In this document: in pieces, positions 25,666-32,637 of the stretch
How positions within the stretch are numbered: position 1 is the stretch's first letter
Layout of the letters: each line of letters opens with the position of its first letter
From: Candidatus Nanoarchaeia archaeon
GTDB lineage: Archaea; Nanobdellota; Nanobdellia; Woesearchaeales; JACQNA01
Length of the DNA: 41,081 nt
Assembly (NCBI GenBank): GCA_035289865.1
Contig: DATDVW010000079.1
Span: 1 to 41,081, forward strand
Direction: 5' to 3'
Position numbers and translations under genes: made by a program
The notes under the pieces: model-generated
The model's input: the letters and a program-made list of their open reading frames with translations, nothing else
Told to the model about the DNA's origin: nothing
Databases searched by the model: none

Positions 25666-26006
25666 TTGCCCTTGCGCTCGTGCTGCTCCGCCAGCGCCAT
25701 CGCCTTGACCAGGCCTGCCACCTTCCGCTGGTTCCTGCGGACCTGGACATAGAGGTGGAACATGATCCCGCAGACGAATATCAGCCCGGCAATGGTGAAG
25801 AGCTGCATGGCACTGATAACACCGACAGCCTCCATCACCACGTTCAGGGTCTGGGGAAAGATGACTGCAAACATGAAGATGACCCAGACCATGCCCCAGA
25901 CCAGGAAGTCATTGAAGGTGAAGTCCCGCTTCTTGTAATAGAGGAACGCGAGGTATATCATCGCCGCCCCGAAGATCACGCCCACCAGCTGGATGCCGAG
26001 CACCAT
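25662..26006 (-). CDS. Small membrane protein, DUF2304-like
   Basis: 114 aa, 4 hydrophobic helices, basic C-terminal tail, immediately downstream of a soluble GT2 (the usual DUF2304 context). Confidence 0.55.
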   Translation of the reverse strand: MVLGIQLVGVIFGAAMIYLAFLYYKKRDFTFNDFLVWGMVWVIFMFAVIFPQTLNVVMEAVGVISAMQLFTIAGLIFVCGIMFHLYVQVRRNQRKVAGLVKAMALAEQHERKGK

Positions 26007-26007
26007 G

Positions 26008-26661
26008 TCAGTTCAGGAACCTCCATTTCAGCATGCTAAAAAATATCTTGACGCCATCGATGATCGTCGTCCCCTTATAGCGGTCTGCATAGATGGTCTG
26101 AATGGGAACATGCGTGCACTTTATATGCCTTCTGCCCGCGTTGGCGAGCATCTCGGTCTCTGCCGCATAGCCGGTGGCGCTCCACTTGATATGCGGGTAG
26201 ATCGCTGCGCGGAAGGCGCGGAATCCGCTTTGGGTATCCGGGATATCCACCTGGAACAGCTGCCTGAACGCGGCATAGAGGAGGGAATTGCCGACCCGGA
26301 ACACCACCGGCATATTCCGGTTCAGCTGGCGGGCTCCCACGACCAGGTCATATCCCTTCTCCAGGGCTGCAAGAAGCAGGGGTATCTCCTGCGGGTTGTG
26401 CTGGCCGTCGGCATCGATGGTGACGATGATGTCTGCGCTGCGCTGGAGTGCTGCCTCGATGCCGGTCTGGAGGGCAAGCCCCTTGCCCATGTTCACCGGA
26501 TGGCGGATATAGACGTCCGCTTCCCGCGCCGATTCTCTCGTGGCGTCACTGCTGCCGTCGTCAATGACGATGACCGTATCTACATACTTCCTTACCCCAG
26601 GGATGACGCGCTCAATGCGGCCTGCCTCGTTGTATGCAGGGATGACGGCGATCCGTTTCAT
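26008..26661 (-). CDS. GT2 glycosyltransferase (soluble, DPM1-like catalytic domain)
   Basis: 'IAVIPAYNEAGRI', 'VIDDGSSDAT', 'TIDADGQH'. Confidence 0.85.
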   Translation of the reverse strand: MKRIAVIPAYNEAGRIERVIPGVRKYVDTVIVIDDGSSDATRESAREADVYIRHPVNMGKGLALQTGIEAALQRSADIIVTIDADGQHNPQEIPLLLAALEKGYDLVVGARQLNRNMPVVFRVGNSLLYAAFRQLFQVDIPDTQSGFRAFRAAIYPHIKWSATGYAAETEMLANAGRRHIKCTHVPIQTIYADRYKGTTIIDGVKIFFSMLKWRFLN

Positions 26662-27926
26662 CTGCCGATCCCCCGGTAGATGATGGACTGCGGAATGCGC
26701 TCCCGCGGGAGGCAGTTCCTGCCGTCGATGATGATCCTGATGCGCGGCAGGGAGGAAAGCCTGTCCGGAATGGACTGGAACTCGGCATGTGCAGTCGCGA
26801 TGAGCAGCACATCTGCCTGCAGGGCATCGTCCAGGGATTGCACGTCAGACCTCTCCGGAAGGAACGGATCGTACACCTTTACCCGGGCATGGAGCTGCCG
26901 CAGCTCCCGGATAATCTCCAGTGCAGGGCTTTCCCGCATGTCGTCGATGTTTCCCTTGTAGGCAAGGCCGAGTACTGCGATGTCCACATCCGTGATCTTC
27001 TTTCCGAGCTGCTGGAGCGCCTCCTGCAGGCGCCGGATGGTGTAGTGAGGCATGGAGTTGTTGATCTCCCTTGCCAGCTTGAGAAAGCGGTGGTTGAAAT
27101 TCTCCTTTTGCGCGCGGTCAATCAGGTAATACGGATCAACTGCGATGCAATGCCCGCCCACCCCGCAGCCTGGATAATGGGGAAGGAAGGCAAACGGCTT
27201 GGTGGAAGCCCCCCTAATCACCTCCAGGATGTCGATGCCCAGCTTGTCAAAGGACATGGCCAGCTCATTGACAAACGCGATGTTGACGTCACGGAAGGCG
27301 TTTTCGATGATCTTCGCCGCCTCCGCCGCCTTGATGGAGCGCAGCGGGGTTATCTGCGCGCTGATGAATGACTGGTAGAAGGCTGCTGCCCGCTGCAGGC
27401 CGCCTGCCGTTGTTGCGCCGATCACCCGGTTGATCTTTTCGAGGGGATAGGCGGCGTTTCCCGGATCGACGCGCTCCGGGCAGTGGGCAAGGCAGAAATC
27501 TGTTTCTGAAAGCCCGGAGCGCCTGAGGATGGGGAGCACGAACTCCTCGCAGGTGCCCGGGGAGATAGTGGATTCGATAATAACTAACGAGCCCTGCTGC
27601 AGGCCTTTGCTGATGGCGGCGCAGCTGGATTCTAGCGGAGCGAGATCCGGCTTGTGGTCACTGGTCACCGGGGTGGGGACGCAGACGATCAGGATGCTGT
27701 TCGCCCCGGCTGCCGCGACGCCGTCCGTTGTCCACTGGACGTCCTTTGCGGCGGCAGGAAGGGAACGGGAAATGCGCTCATCCTTGATCGGGGAGATCCC
27801 TTTTTTTAAGAGCGCGATCTTCTCCGCATTGGTGTCCACGCCCGTGACTGCGTATCCCTTCTGGCTCAGCAGGATGATGAGCGGCAGCCCGACATATCCT
27901 GCGCCGTATACCGCCACTTTTTCCAT
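26658..27926 (-). CDS. Nucleotide-sugar 6-dehydrogenase, UDP-HexNAc type (WecC/WbpA/TviB-like)
   Basis: 'VAVYGAGYVGLP', 'CVPTP', catalytic 'GCGVGGHCIAVDPYY'. The ORF-track start at 27995 is TTG. The ATG at 27926 ('MEKVAVYG') has a TATA about 27 nt upstream. Confidence 0.85.
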   Translation of the reverse strand: MEKVAVYGAGYVGLPLIILLSQKGYAVTGVDTNAEKIALLKKGISPIKDERISRSLPAAAKDVQWTTDGVAAAGANSILIVCVPTPVTSDHKPDLAPLESSCAAISKGLQQGSLVIIESTISPGTCEEFVLPILRRSGLSETDFCLAHCPERVDPGNAAYPLEKINRVIGATTAGGLQRAAAFYQSFISAQITPLRSIKAAEAAKIIENAFRDVNIAFVNELAMSFDKLGIDILEVIRGASTKPFAFLPHYPGCGVGGHCIAVDPYYLIDRAQKENFNHRFLKLAREINNSMPHYTIRRLQEALQQLGKKITDVDIAVLGLAYKGNIDDMRESPALEIIRELRQLHARVKVYDPFLPERSDVQSLDDALQADVLLIATAHAEFQSIPDRLSSLPRIRIIIDGRNCLPRERIPQSIIYRGIGR

Positions 27927-27948
27927 AGCAGGCGGAATCGCCGGTTCG

Positions 27949-27956
27949 TTTAAATA
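27949..27956 (-). promoter_or_regulatory. TATA-like box (TATTTAAA on minus strand)
   Basis: About 27 nt from the ATG at 27926. Confidence 0.5.
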
Positions 27957-28004
27957 GTTTGTTATGACATTCTCCAGGACGATCCCGGCGTACAAGAGAA
28001 AGGG

Positions 28005-28012
28005 ATTTAAAC
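28005..28012 (+). promoter_or_regulatory. TATA-like box ATTTAAAC
   Basis: Starts 30 nt upstream of the ATG at 28035. Confidence 0.5.
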
Positions 28013-28034
28013 AAGCATATACCTAATTTCAGCG

Positions 28035-28292
28035 ATGATATGGCAAGACGCGGTCATGACTGTTGCCAATTCCATCTTTGCACTATCCCTGATCCCGCAG
28101 GTATACCATGGCTTCAAAGAAAAAAAGGGGTTCATTAAACCGGCAACCTCTGTGCCGACGTTCATCAGCATCTATGCGGTAGCGTTCTCGTTTTACACCT
28201 TATCGCTGTTTTTCTCATCGATCACCGCAGCAATAACCGGGACGCTTTGGCTGATCCTGTTTATCCAAAGGCAGATATATCCCCCGGCTTAG
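28035..28292 (+). CDS. 3-TM PQ-loop (SemiSWEET-like) small membrane protein
   Basis: 85 aa, three hydrophobic helices, 'LIPQVYHGFKEKK' PQ motif after TM1. Confidence 0.5.
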   Translation: MIWQDAVMTVANSIFALSLIPQVYHGFKEKKGFIKPATSVPTFISIYAVAFSFYTLSLFFSSITAAITGTLWLILFIQRQIYPPA

Positions 28293-28295
28293 GGG

Positions 28296-29279
28296 TCATT
28301 GGAAAAAGATGACCAGCAGCGCAAGGGCTGCTTCTATGCCGTAGATGGCGTACACGACATCCCGCTCAAACACCCTCTGCTTGCATCTCTTGAGGAACAG
28401 GAGAACGGCATGCTCCAGGCCGTATACCTGGCCATAGCGCATCTCCAGCGAGTTGTCCGGGTTCGGCCGGGCAAAGCTCTCCTTCTGCATCAGCCCCCTG
28501 AGCTTCAGCAAGAATTCGATGAAGTAGGGGATGAAGAGGATGAGCGCAACCCGCTCCATGTCCGCCAGGATGGCGACGATCGCGATGAGGGCGCCGACCG
28601 CATACGTCAGGGAATCGCCGGGAAAGACCCTTGCAGGAAACCTGTTGTACACCAGAAACGCCAGCAGGGAAAACACCATGCAGAGGGCGATGAGGGCCAC
28701 CCACCCCATGCCGTTCTGCCAGGCGATGTAAGCCAGGGTGGAGAGGATGATGGCCCCCATGCCCGCCTCCAGCCCGTTGTAGCCCGCGAGCATGTTGAAG
28801 CCGTTGGAGGCGCCGACGATGCCGATCGGGACGATCAGGAACGGGTAGAGCAGGCCGACGTCCACCGCCCCGATGAGCGGGAGTATCATCTGCGACCTGC
28901 CGACATTGATGACCATCATGGGCAGCGCCGCAATCAGGGTGAGGAATGGCTTCTGCCACTGCCGCAGCCCGATCTTCCAGCCGAGCAGGTCATCGATGAC
29001 GCCGATCAGGGTGATGATGAGTATGGTGGTCAGCGCGGCAAGCAGGGGAAGGGTGATCTCTGTGGAGAGCGAGGAGAAGGTCTGCAGGGCGATGAAATAG
29101 AGCACGCCGAAGAGGAAACCGATAATGACCACGATGCCGCCCATCTCCGCGACCTTGGGGCGGTCTGATTTGTGCATATCTTCCCCCACCAGGTTCGCCT
29201 TCACCGCACGCCGGATCCAGTAGGGGGTGAGCAGCAGAGTGGCAAGGAAAGATATGGCGATGCTCAGGAGCGCGTACAT
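28296..29279 (-). CDS. Polyprenyl-phosphate HexNAc-1-phosphate transferase (MraY/WecA/AglH family)
   Basis: 'GVIDDLLGWKIGLRQWQKP', 'GASNGFNMLAGYNGLEAG', about 10 TM. Confidence 0.85.
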   Translation of the reverse strand: MYALLSIAISFLATLLLTPYWIRRAVKANLVGEDMHKSDRPKVAEMGGIVVIIGFLFGVLYFIALQTFSSLSTEITLPLLAALTTILIITLIGVIDDLLGWKIGLRQWQKPFLTLIAALPMMVINVGRSQMILPLIGAVDVGLLYPFLIVPIGIVGASNGFNMLAGYNGLEAGMGAIILSTLAYIAWQNGMGWVALIALCMVFSLLAFLVYNRFPARVFPGDSLTYAVGALIAIVAILADMERVALILFIPYFIEFLLKLRGLMQKESFARPNPDNSLEMRYGQVYGLEHAVLLFLKRCKQRVFERDVVYAIYGIEAALALLVIFFQ

Positions 29280-29301
29280 CAGGGAAGCGCTTGGCGGGCA
29301 A

Positions 29302-29309
29302 TTTATATA
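29302..29309 (-). promoter_or_regulatory. TATA box (TATATAAA on minus strand)
   Basis: About 26 nt from the ATG at 29279. Confidence 0.5.
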
Positions 29310-29332
29310 GTTTATTATTTCCGGAGCAAAGG

Positions 29333-29340
29333 TTTATATA
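29333..29340 (+). promoter_or_regulatory. TATA box TTTATATA for uppP
   Basis: Starts 30 nt upstream of the ATG at 29363. Confidence 0.55.
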
Positions 29341-29362
29341 ACGCGAGCGGCTTTGTATCCGT

Positions 29363-30136
29363 ATGGTCTCCCTCGTGGATGCGATTCTTCTCGGCATCGT
29401 GCAGGGAGTGACGGAGTGGCTGCCGATATCGAGCAGCGGGCACCTGACGCTGCTGCAGGAGTTCATGGGGATCAAGGTGCCGGTGCTGTTCGATGTGGTG
29501 CTGCACATCGGGACACTGCTGGTGGTGCTGCTGGTGTTCCGGAGGGATATCTGGCGGCTGGCCAGGGCAGTGCTGTTCTGGGACTATGGGAAAAACGAAC
29601 GCCTGCTTGCGCTCTACCTCGTGCTGGGGACCGTCTGCACCGGGCTGATCGGCTATTATTTTTATGACATCCTCATCCCCTTATTCTCCAATGTCCGGGC
29701 AGTGGGGATTGCGCTGCTGGCGACCGGGGTGATCCTGCTGTTCAGCATGCGAAGGACACCGGAGCGGGATATCGCATGGAGCGACGCCATTATCGTCGGC
29801 ATTGCGCAGGGGATCGCGCTCATCCCCGGCATCTCGCGGAGCGGCATCACGATCTCGGCCGGGCTGTTCCGGGGGCTGTCGCCAAAGACGGCTGTCCGCT
29901 TCAGCTTCCTGCTGCTCATCCCGGCGAGCATCGGGGCGCTGGCGCTGCAGCTGCAGCGCGAGGCGAGCGCGCCTGCGGATATCATGCCCTATCTTGCGGG
30001 AGGGGCTGCGGCAGCCGTCGTGGGATATTTCACCCTGCGCTGGCTGATGCGGATCGTGCAGCAGCAGCGCCTCTGGATGTTCAGCGTCTACTGCTTTGTG
30101 GTGGGGATGGGAGTGGTGATTGCTTCTTTTTTGTAG
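29363..30136 (+). CDS. uppP: Undecaprenyl/polyprenyl-diphosphate phosphatase (BacA/UppP)
   Basis: 'GVTEWLPISSSGHL', 'PGISRSGITI'. Confidence 0.9.
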   Translation: MVSLVDAILLGIVQGVTEWLPISSSGHLTLLQEFMGIKVPVLFDVVLHIGTLLVVLLVFRRDIWRLARAVLFWDYGKNERLLALYLVLGTVCTGLIGYYFYDILIPLFSNVRAVGIALLATGVILLFSMRRTPERDIAWSDAIIVGIAQGIALIPGISRSGITISAGLFRGLSPKTAVRFSFLLLIPASIGALALQLQREASAPADIMPYLAGGAAAAVVGYFTLRWLMRIVQQQRLWMFSVYCFVVGMGVVIASFL

Positions 30137-30157
30137 GGTGCCGTTGTTTTTGATTTA

Positions 30158-30874
30158 TTATATTTTAGCTGTTTTCCACAAAACCTGAAAGTAATTTCTG
30201 TAAGAATCAGCTAATTCCTTGTTTTCCATCAGGATGGCGATTGGGTCCTCCACCCACATGAAGATTGCTATCTTGTCGTCATAAATAAAGGTGGAGCTCA
30301 GGTTCTTAAACTCGATATCGAGGAATTTTATAATCTGCAGCTTTTTCCTTGGGACCTTCCCCTTGAATGACCTCGAAGTGACTATCCTCATCCTTATCCT
30401 GTTTTTTATCCGGTGAGATTCCCAGATATTGAAATATTCAGGGTAAAACCCCGGAAAGATCCCTGAACCGTAGTCAAGTATCTCTGTTTTTGAAGCCAAT
30501 GCATCCTTGAGGACTGTCTTTAATCCTAGCCTTCCCTTGAAAACCTGGACATCCTTCTTTACGCCCCCCTTGAAGATGTTTGACAACTCTGACAACTCTC
30601 TTTCAGCATTCTTTAACTCTTCTTCCCTCTTTTTTAATAGATTTTTTAACGCTTCTGGGTTCGCAGGATGAAATATCTTCTTGTTTACCTTAATGACGGA
30701 AGAAACTAATCCTTTTTTCAGCAGAGATTCCAGAACGTCATAGATGTTCACCCGGTGGACATTTGTTTTCTTTGCGATCTCCGAAACAGAAGCAGGGCCT
30801 AGTTTGACTAAGGCGATGTACACCCTTGATTCATTCCTGCTTAAGCCCAGTTTCTCCCATGTTTCTGGTTCCAT
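30158..30874 (-). CDS. TrmB-family transcriptional regulator (paralog A)
   Basis: N-terminal wHTH 'LGLSRNESRVYIALVKLGPASVSEIAKKTNVHRVNIYDVLESLLKKGLV' plus a C-terminal effector-like domain. Clear paralogy to 38093-38803. Confidence 0.8.
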   Translation of the reverse strand: MEPETWEKLGLSRNESRVYIALVKLGPASVSEIAKKTNVHRVNIYDVLESLLKKGLVSSVIKVNKKIFHPANPEALKNLLKKREEELKNAERELSELSNIFKGGVKKDVQVFKGRLGLKTVLKDALASKTEILDYGSGIFPGFYPEYFNIWESHRIKNRIRMRIVTSRSFKGKVPRKKLQIIKFLDIEFKNLSSTFIYDDKIAIFMWVEDPIAILMENKELADSYRNYFQVLWKTAKI

Positions 30875-30896
30875 AAGGTATGGTGACCATGCTGGC

Positions 30897-30904
30897 TTTA
30901 TATA
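30897..30904 (-). promoter_or_regulatory. TATA box (TATATAAA on minus strand) for trmB-A
   Basis: About 26 nt from the ATG at 30874. Confidence 0.5.
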
Positions 30905-30914
30905 GATTATGTTT

Positions 30915-30937
30915 TTGTTGTATTATGTATACTACAA
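30915..30937. promoter_or_regulatory. Candidate operator: TTGTTGTA-N7-TACTACAA inverted half-sites
   Basis: Imperfect palindrome between divergent trmB-A and the phosphatase gene. The same TTGTWGTA octamer recurs at the trmB-B promoter. Confidence 0.4.
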
Positions 30938-30993
30938 AATAATAAATAGGCAATCCATACTACTTCGTGATAACAATAGCAAGGTAGATCACC

Positions 30994-31764
30994 ATGGCTT
31001 TAAATCACATCATAGAAGTTTGCTGCACGGGGAATAATGGAAGAAGCAAGATAGCTGAAGCAGTAGGCAATGCGTATACCCGTAATATGCGGATTTTCCG
31101 GTGGGATCAGGACTATCTCCCTCTGCCAGGTATAGACCTGGAAGATACGATCCGCTTCATTTCCTCAGGCACCAGAGCCGGCCCTGAACATGATGCGCAT
31201 CTTCCCTATGACAAGGTCGCTTCAATTTTCAGGAGCGCTTCAAGCCACGGGCTGATGAAGCCAGCCAGTCTGGATAAGGATAAATATGAGCATGATCCGG
31301 ATTACCATGCTGCCATGCAGGAAAGGGCCCACATGGCATTCAGGATACTGCGCCCTATTGAAGCTGCCTTAAGAAACTCTTCGTTATACGATGTCGGCCT
31401 TACTTGTGATGAAACAAGGGTGCAGACAACGGCAAGAGGCGATGTTTCCCTTGTCCTGGGTATGGAGCAGAAGCATGTGGATCAGGTAAACGAGATCTAT
31501 TCTTCAGGGGCAAAAAGACCGTTGATCACCATGGTAACTGAATATGCCGGAGTTGCAGGGGAAATACCGGATGCCATAGGCAATACCGACCCTCATGTTT
31601 ATGCTGCCATTAGGGGTAGGCTTATTGATCTCATGCCGAAAGTCATTGACCGGTATGCGAAGGAGTTTATAAATCGAAAAGCGCGCACCAGTTATTACAA
31701 TGTTGACTTTTATGGCAAGTGCCCCCTGCGCAGCGATCTGCCCCCTCATTTTTTTCCAGATTAG
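30994..31764 (+). CDS. Low-molecular-weight phosphatase fold protein (LMW-PTP / arsenate-reductase-like) with a large insertion
   Basis: P-loop 'VCCTGNNGRSKIAEA' (C-x5-R-S) at the N-terminus and a distal 'EIPDAIGNTDP' Asp-containing loop. 256 aa versus about 150 for typical members. Confidence 0.55.
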   Translation: MALNHIIEVCCTGNNGRSKIAEAVGNAYTRNMRIFRWDQDYLPLPGIDLEDTIRFISSGTRAGPEHDAHLPYDKVASIFRSASSHGLMKPASLDKDKYEHDPDYHAAMQERAHMAFRILRPIEAALRNSSLYDVGLTCDETRVQTTARGDVSLVLGMEQKHVDQVNEIYSSGAKRPLITMVTEYAGVAGEIPDAIGNTDPHVYAAIRGRLIDLMPKVIDRYAKEFINRKARTSYYNVDFYGKCPLRSDLPPHFFPD

Positions 31765-31767
31765 ATA

Positions 31768-32433
31768 ATGGTTAATATCCCATATTTCAAAGACAAGAGA
31801 ATAATTATCATAGAGGGGATTGCAGGCAGCGGTAAAAATACTATCCAAGAGCGGATTAAAGACAGGTATAATCAAGAAAAATTTAGAGTATATGATTTCT
31901 CAGAAGAAGATCTCCTTTTCTCATGGAAACATTTTTGGATAGAGAATATGGAGATGCACAGGATACGATACTTGCATTCATTGCTCGATTATTGTGAAAA
32001 GCTGATTGATGGGCACACAAAGACCGTGATAATATTAAACAGATTCCATATAACTTATGCAATCGTCTCAGAATATCGCAAGGAAGCTAAAAAATTGTAT
32101 GATAGGTTAGTTGACCGGCTGCGGGGCCTGCCAGTACATATTTTTATCGGCAGATTGGGATTGGAGGATATCGAAAAGAGAGCAAGCCATTCTGAAAGAA
32201 AAGACGAGATATGGAGGATCCATCAGCAGAAGAGAATCAAGCGGTCAAATGTACGTTCATTATCTGAATTGTACAAGAACGAGCAGGAAGCCATTTTTAA
32301 GATAGCAGAAAAGCAGGGGATTCCTTATTCGGTTTTTGAGTTTAAGGGATCAAAATGGGTCCTGAAAGACGGCGACCTGGTCGAGGTTGATGCCCGCACC
32401 GGCAGAGTAACAAAAATAAAGGGCAGGGGATGA
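31768..32433 (+). CDS. P-loop NTPase / small-molecule-kinase-like protein with a borrowed 19-aa C-terminal tail
   Basis: Walker A 'EGIAGSGKNT'. AT-rich body. The last about 25 codons are GC-rich and lie within the 58-bp repeat shared with the next gene's 3' end. Confidence 0.55.
   Translation: MVNIPYFKDKRIIIIEGIAGSGKNTIQERIKDRYNQEKFRVYDFSEEDLLFSWKHFWIENMEMHRIRYLHSLLDYCEKLIDGHTKTVIILNRFHITYAIVSEYRKEAKKLYDRLVDRLRGLPVHIFIGRLGLEDIEKRASHSERKDEIWRIHQQKRIKRSNVRSLSELYKNEQEAIFKIAEKQGIPYSVFEFKGSKWVLKDGDLVEVDARTGRVTKIKGRG
32358..32415 (+). repeat. 58-bp direct repeat, copy 1 (57/58 identical to 33672-33729)
   Basis: GGTCCTGAAAGACGGCGACCTGGTCGAGGTTGATGCCCGCACCGGCAGAGTAACAAAA. The single difference is A at 32406 versus G at 33720 (synonymous Arg). 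Confidence 0.95.
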
Positions 32434-32442
32434 CTGCCTTAT

Positions 32443-32605
32443 AGGCCCTGTAGAAAACTTGTTGCGCTCATATCGGAAATCCCGAGATTTCCGCGTACCC
32501 GAAAACGTTCGGCGTTTCCCAGGGGTAGCGCCGGTTCGCTCCATGCTGTTGCAAAGTGTAGCATCGCTCACGGGATGGCGCTACCCTATATTCTCTACAG
32601 AGCCC
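32443..32605. other. GC-rich structured intergenic element (nested inverted repeats; candidate ncRNA/MITE)
   Basis: Outer inverted repeat GGCCCTGTAGA (32444-32454) / TCTACAGAGCC (32594-32604). 8-bp hairpin at 32474-32493. 10-bp stem GGGTAGCGCC (32523-32532) / GGCGCTACCC (32578-32587) enclosing a further hairpin ATGCT...AGCAT. Confidence 0.35.
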
Positions 32606-32618
32606 CATGAGGGATAGG

Positions 32619-32626
32619 TTTATATT
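32619..32626 (+). promoter_or_regulatory. TATA-like box TTTATATT
   Basis: Immediately upstream of the swivel-domain ORF. The geometry favours a leaderless start at the ATG at 32650 (31 nt). Confidence 0.45.
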
Positions 32627-32637
32627 TGTTAATAACG

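Noticed and set aside
27927-27995. TTG-initiated N-terminal extensions in the ORF track (27995, 11233, 10277, 32626)
   Set aside because: In each case the track's first codon is TTG. A nearby in-frame ATG sits at the leaderless distance (about 25-30 nt) from a TATA-like box, so the ATG starts were preferred. The starts at 32638 and 32650 remain unresolved.
32521-32590. tRNA-like appearance ('GCGCCGGTTCGCTCC')
   Set aside because: No cloverleaf can be drawn. The T-loop consensus GGTTCGAATCC is not met, and there is no acceptor-stem/anticodon-arm arrangement on either strand.
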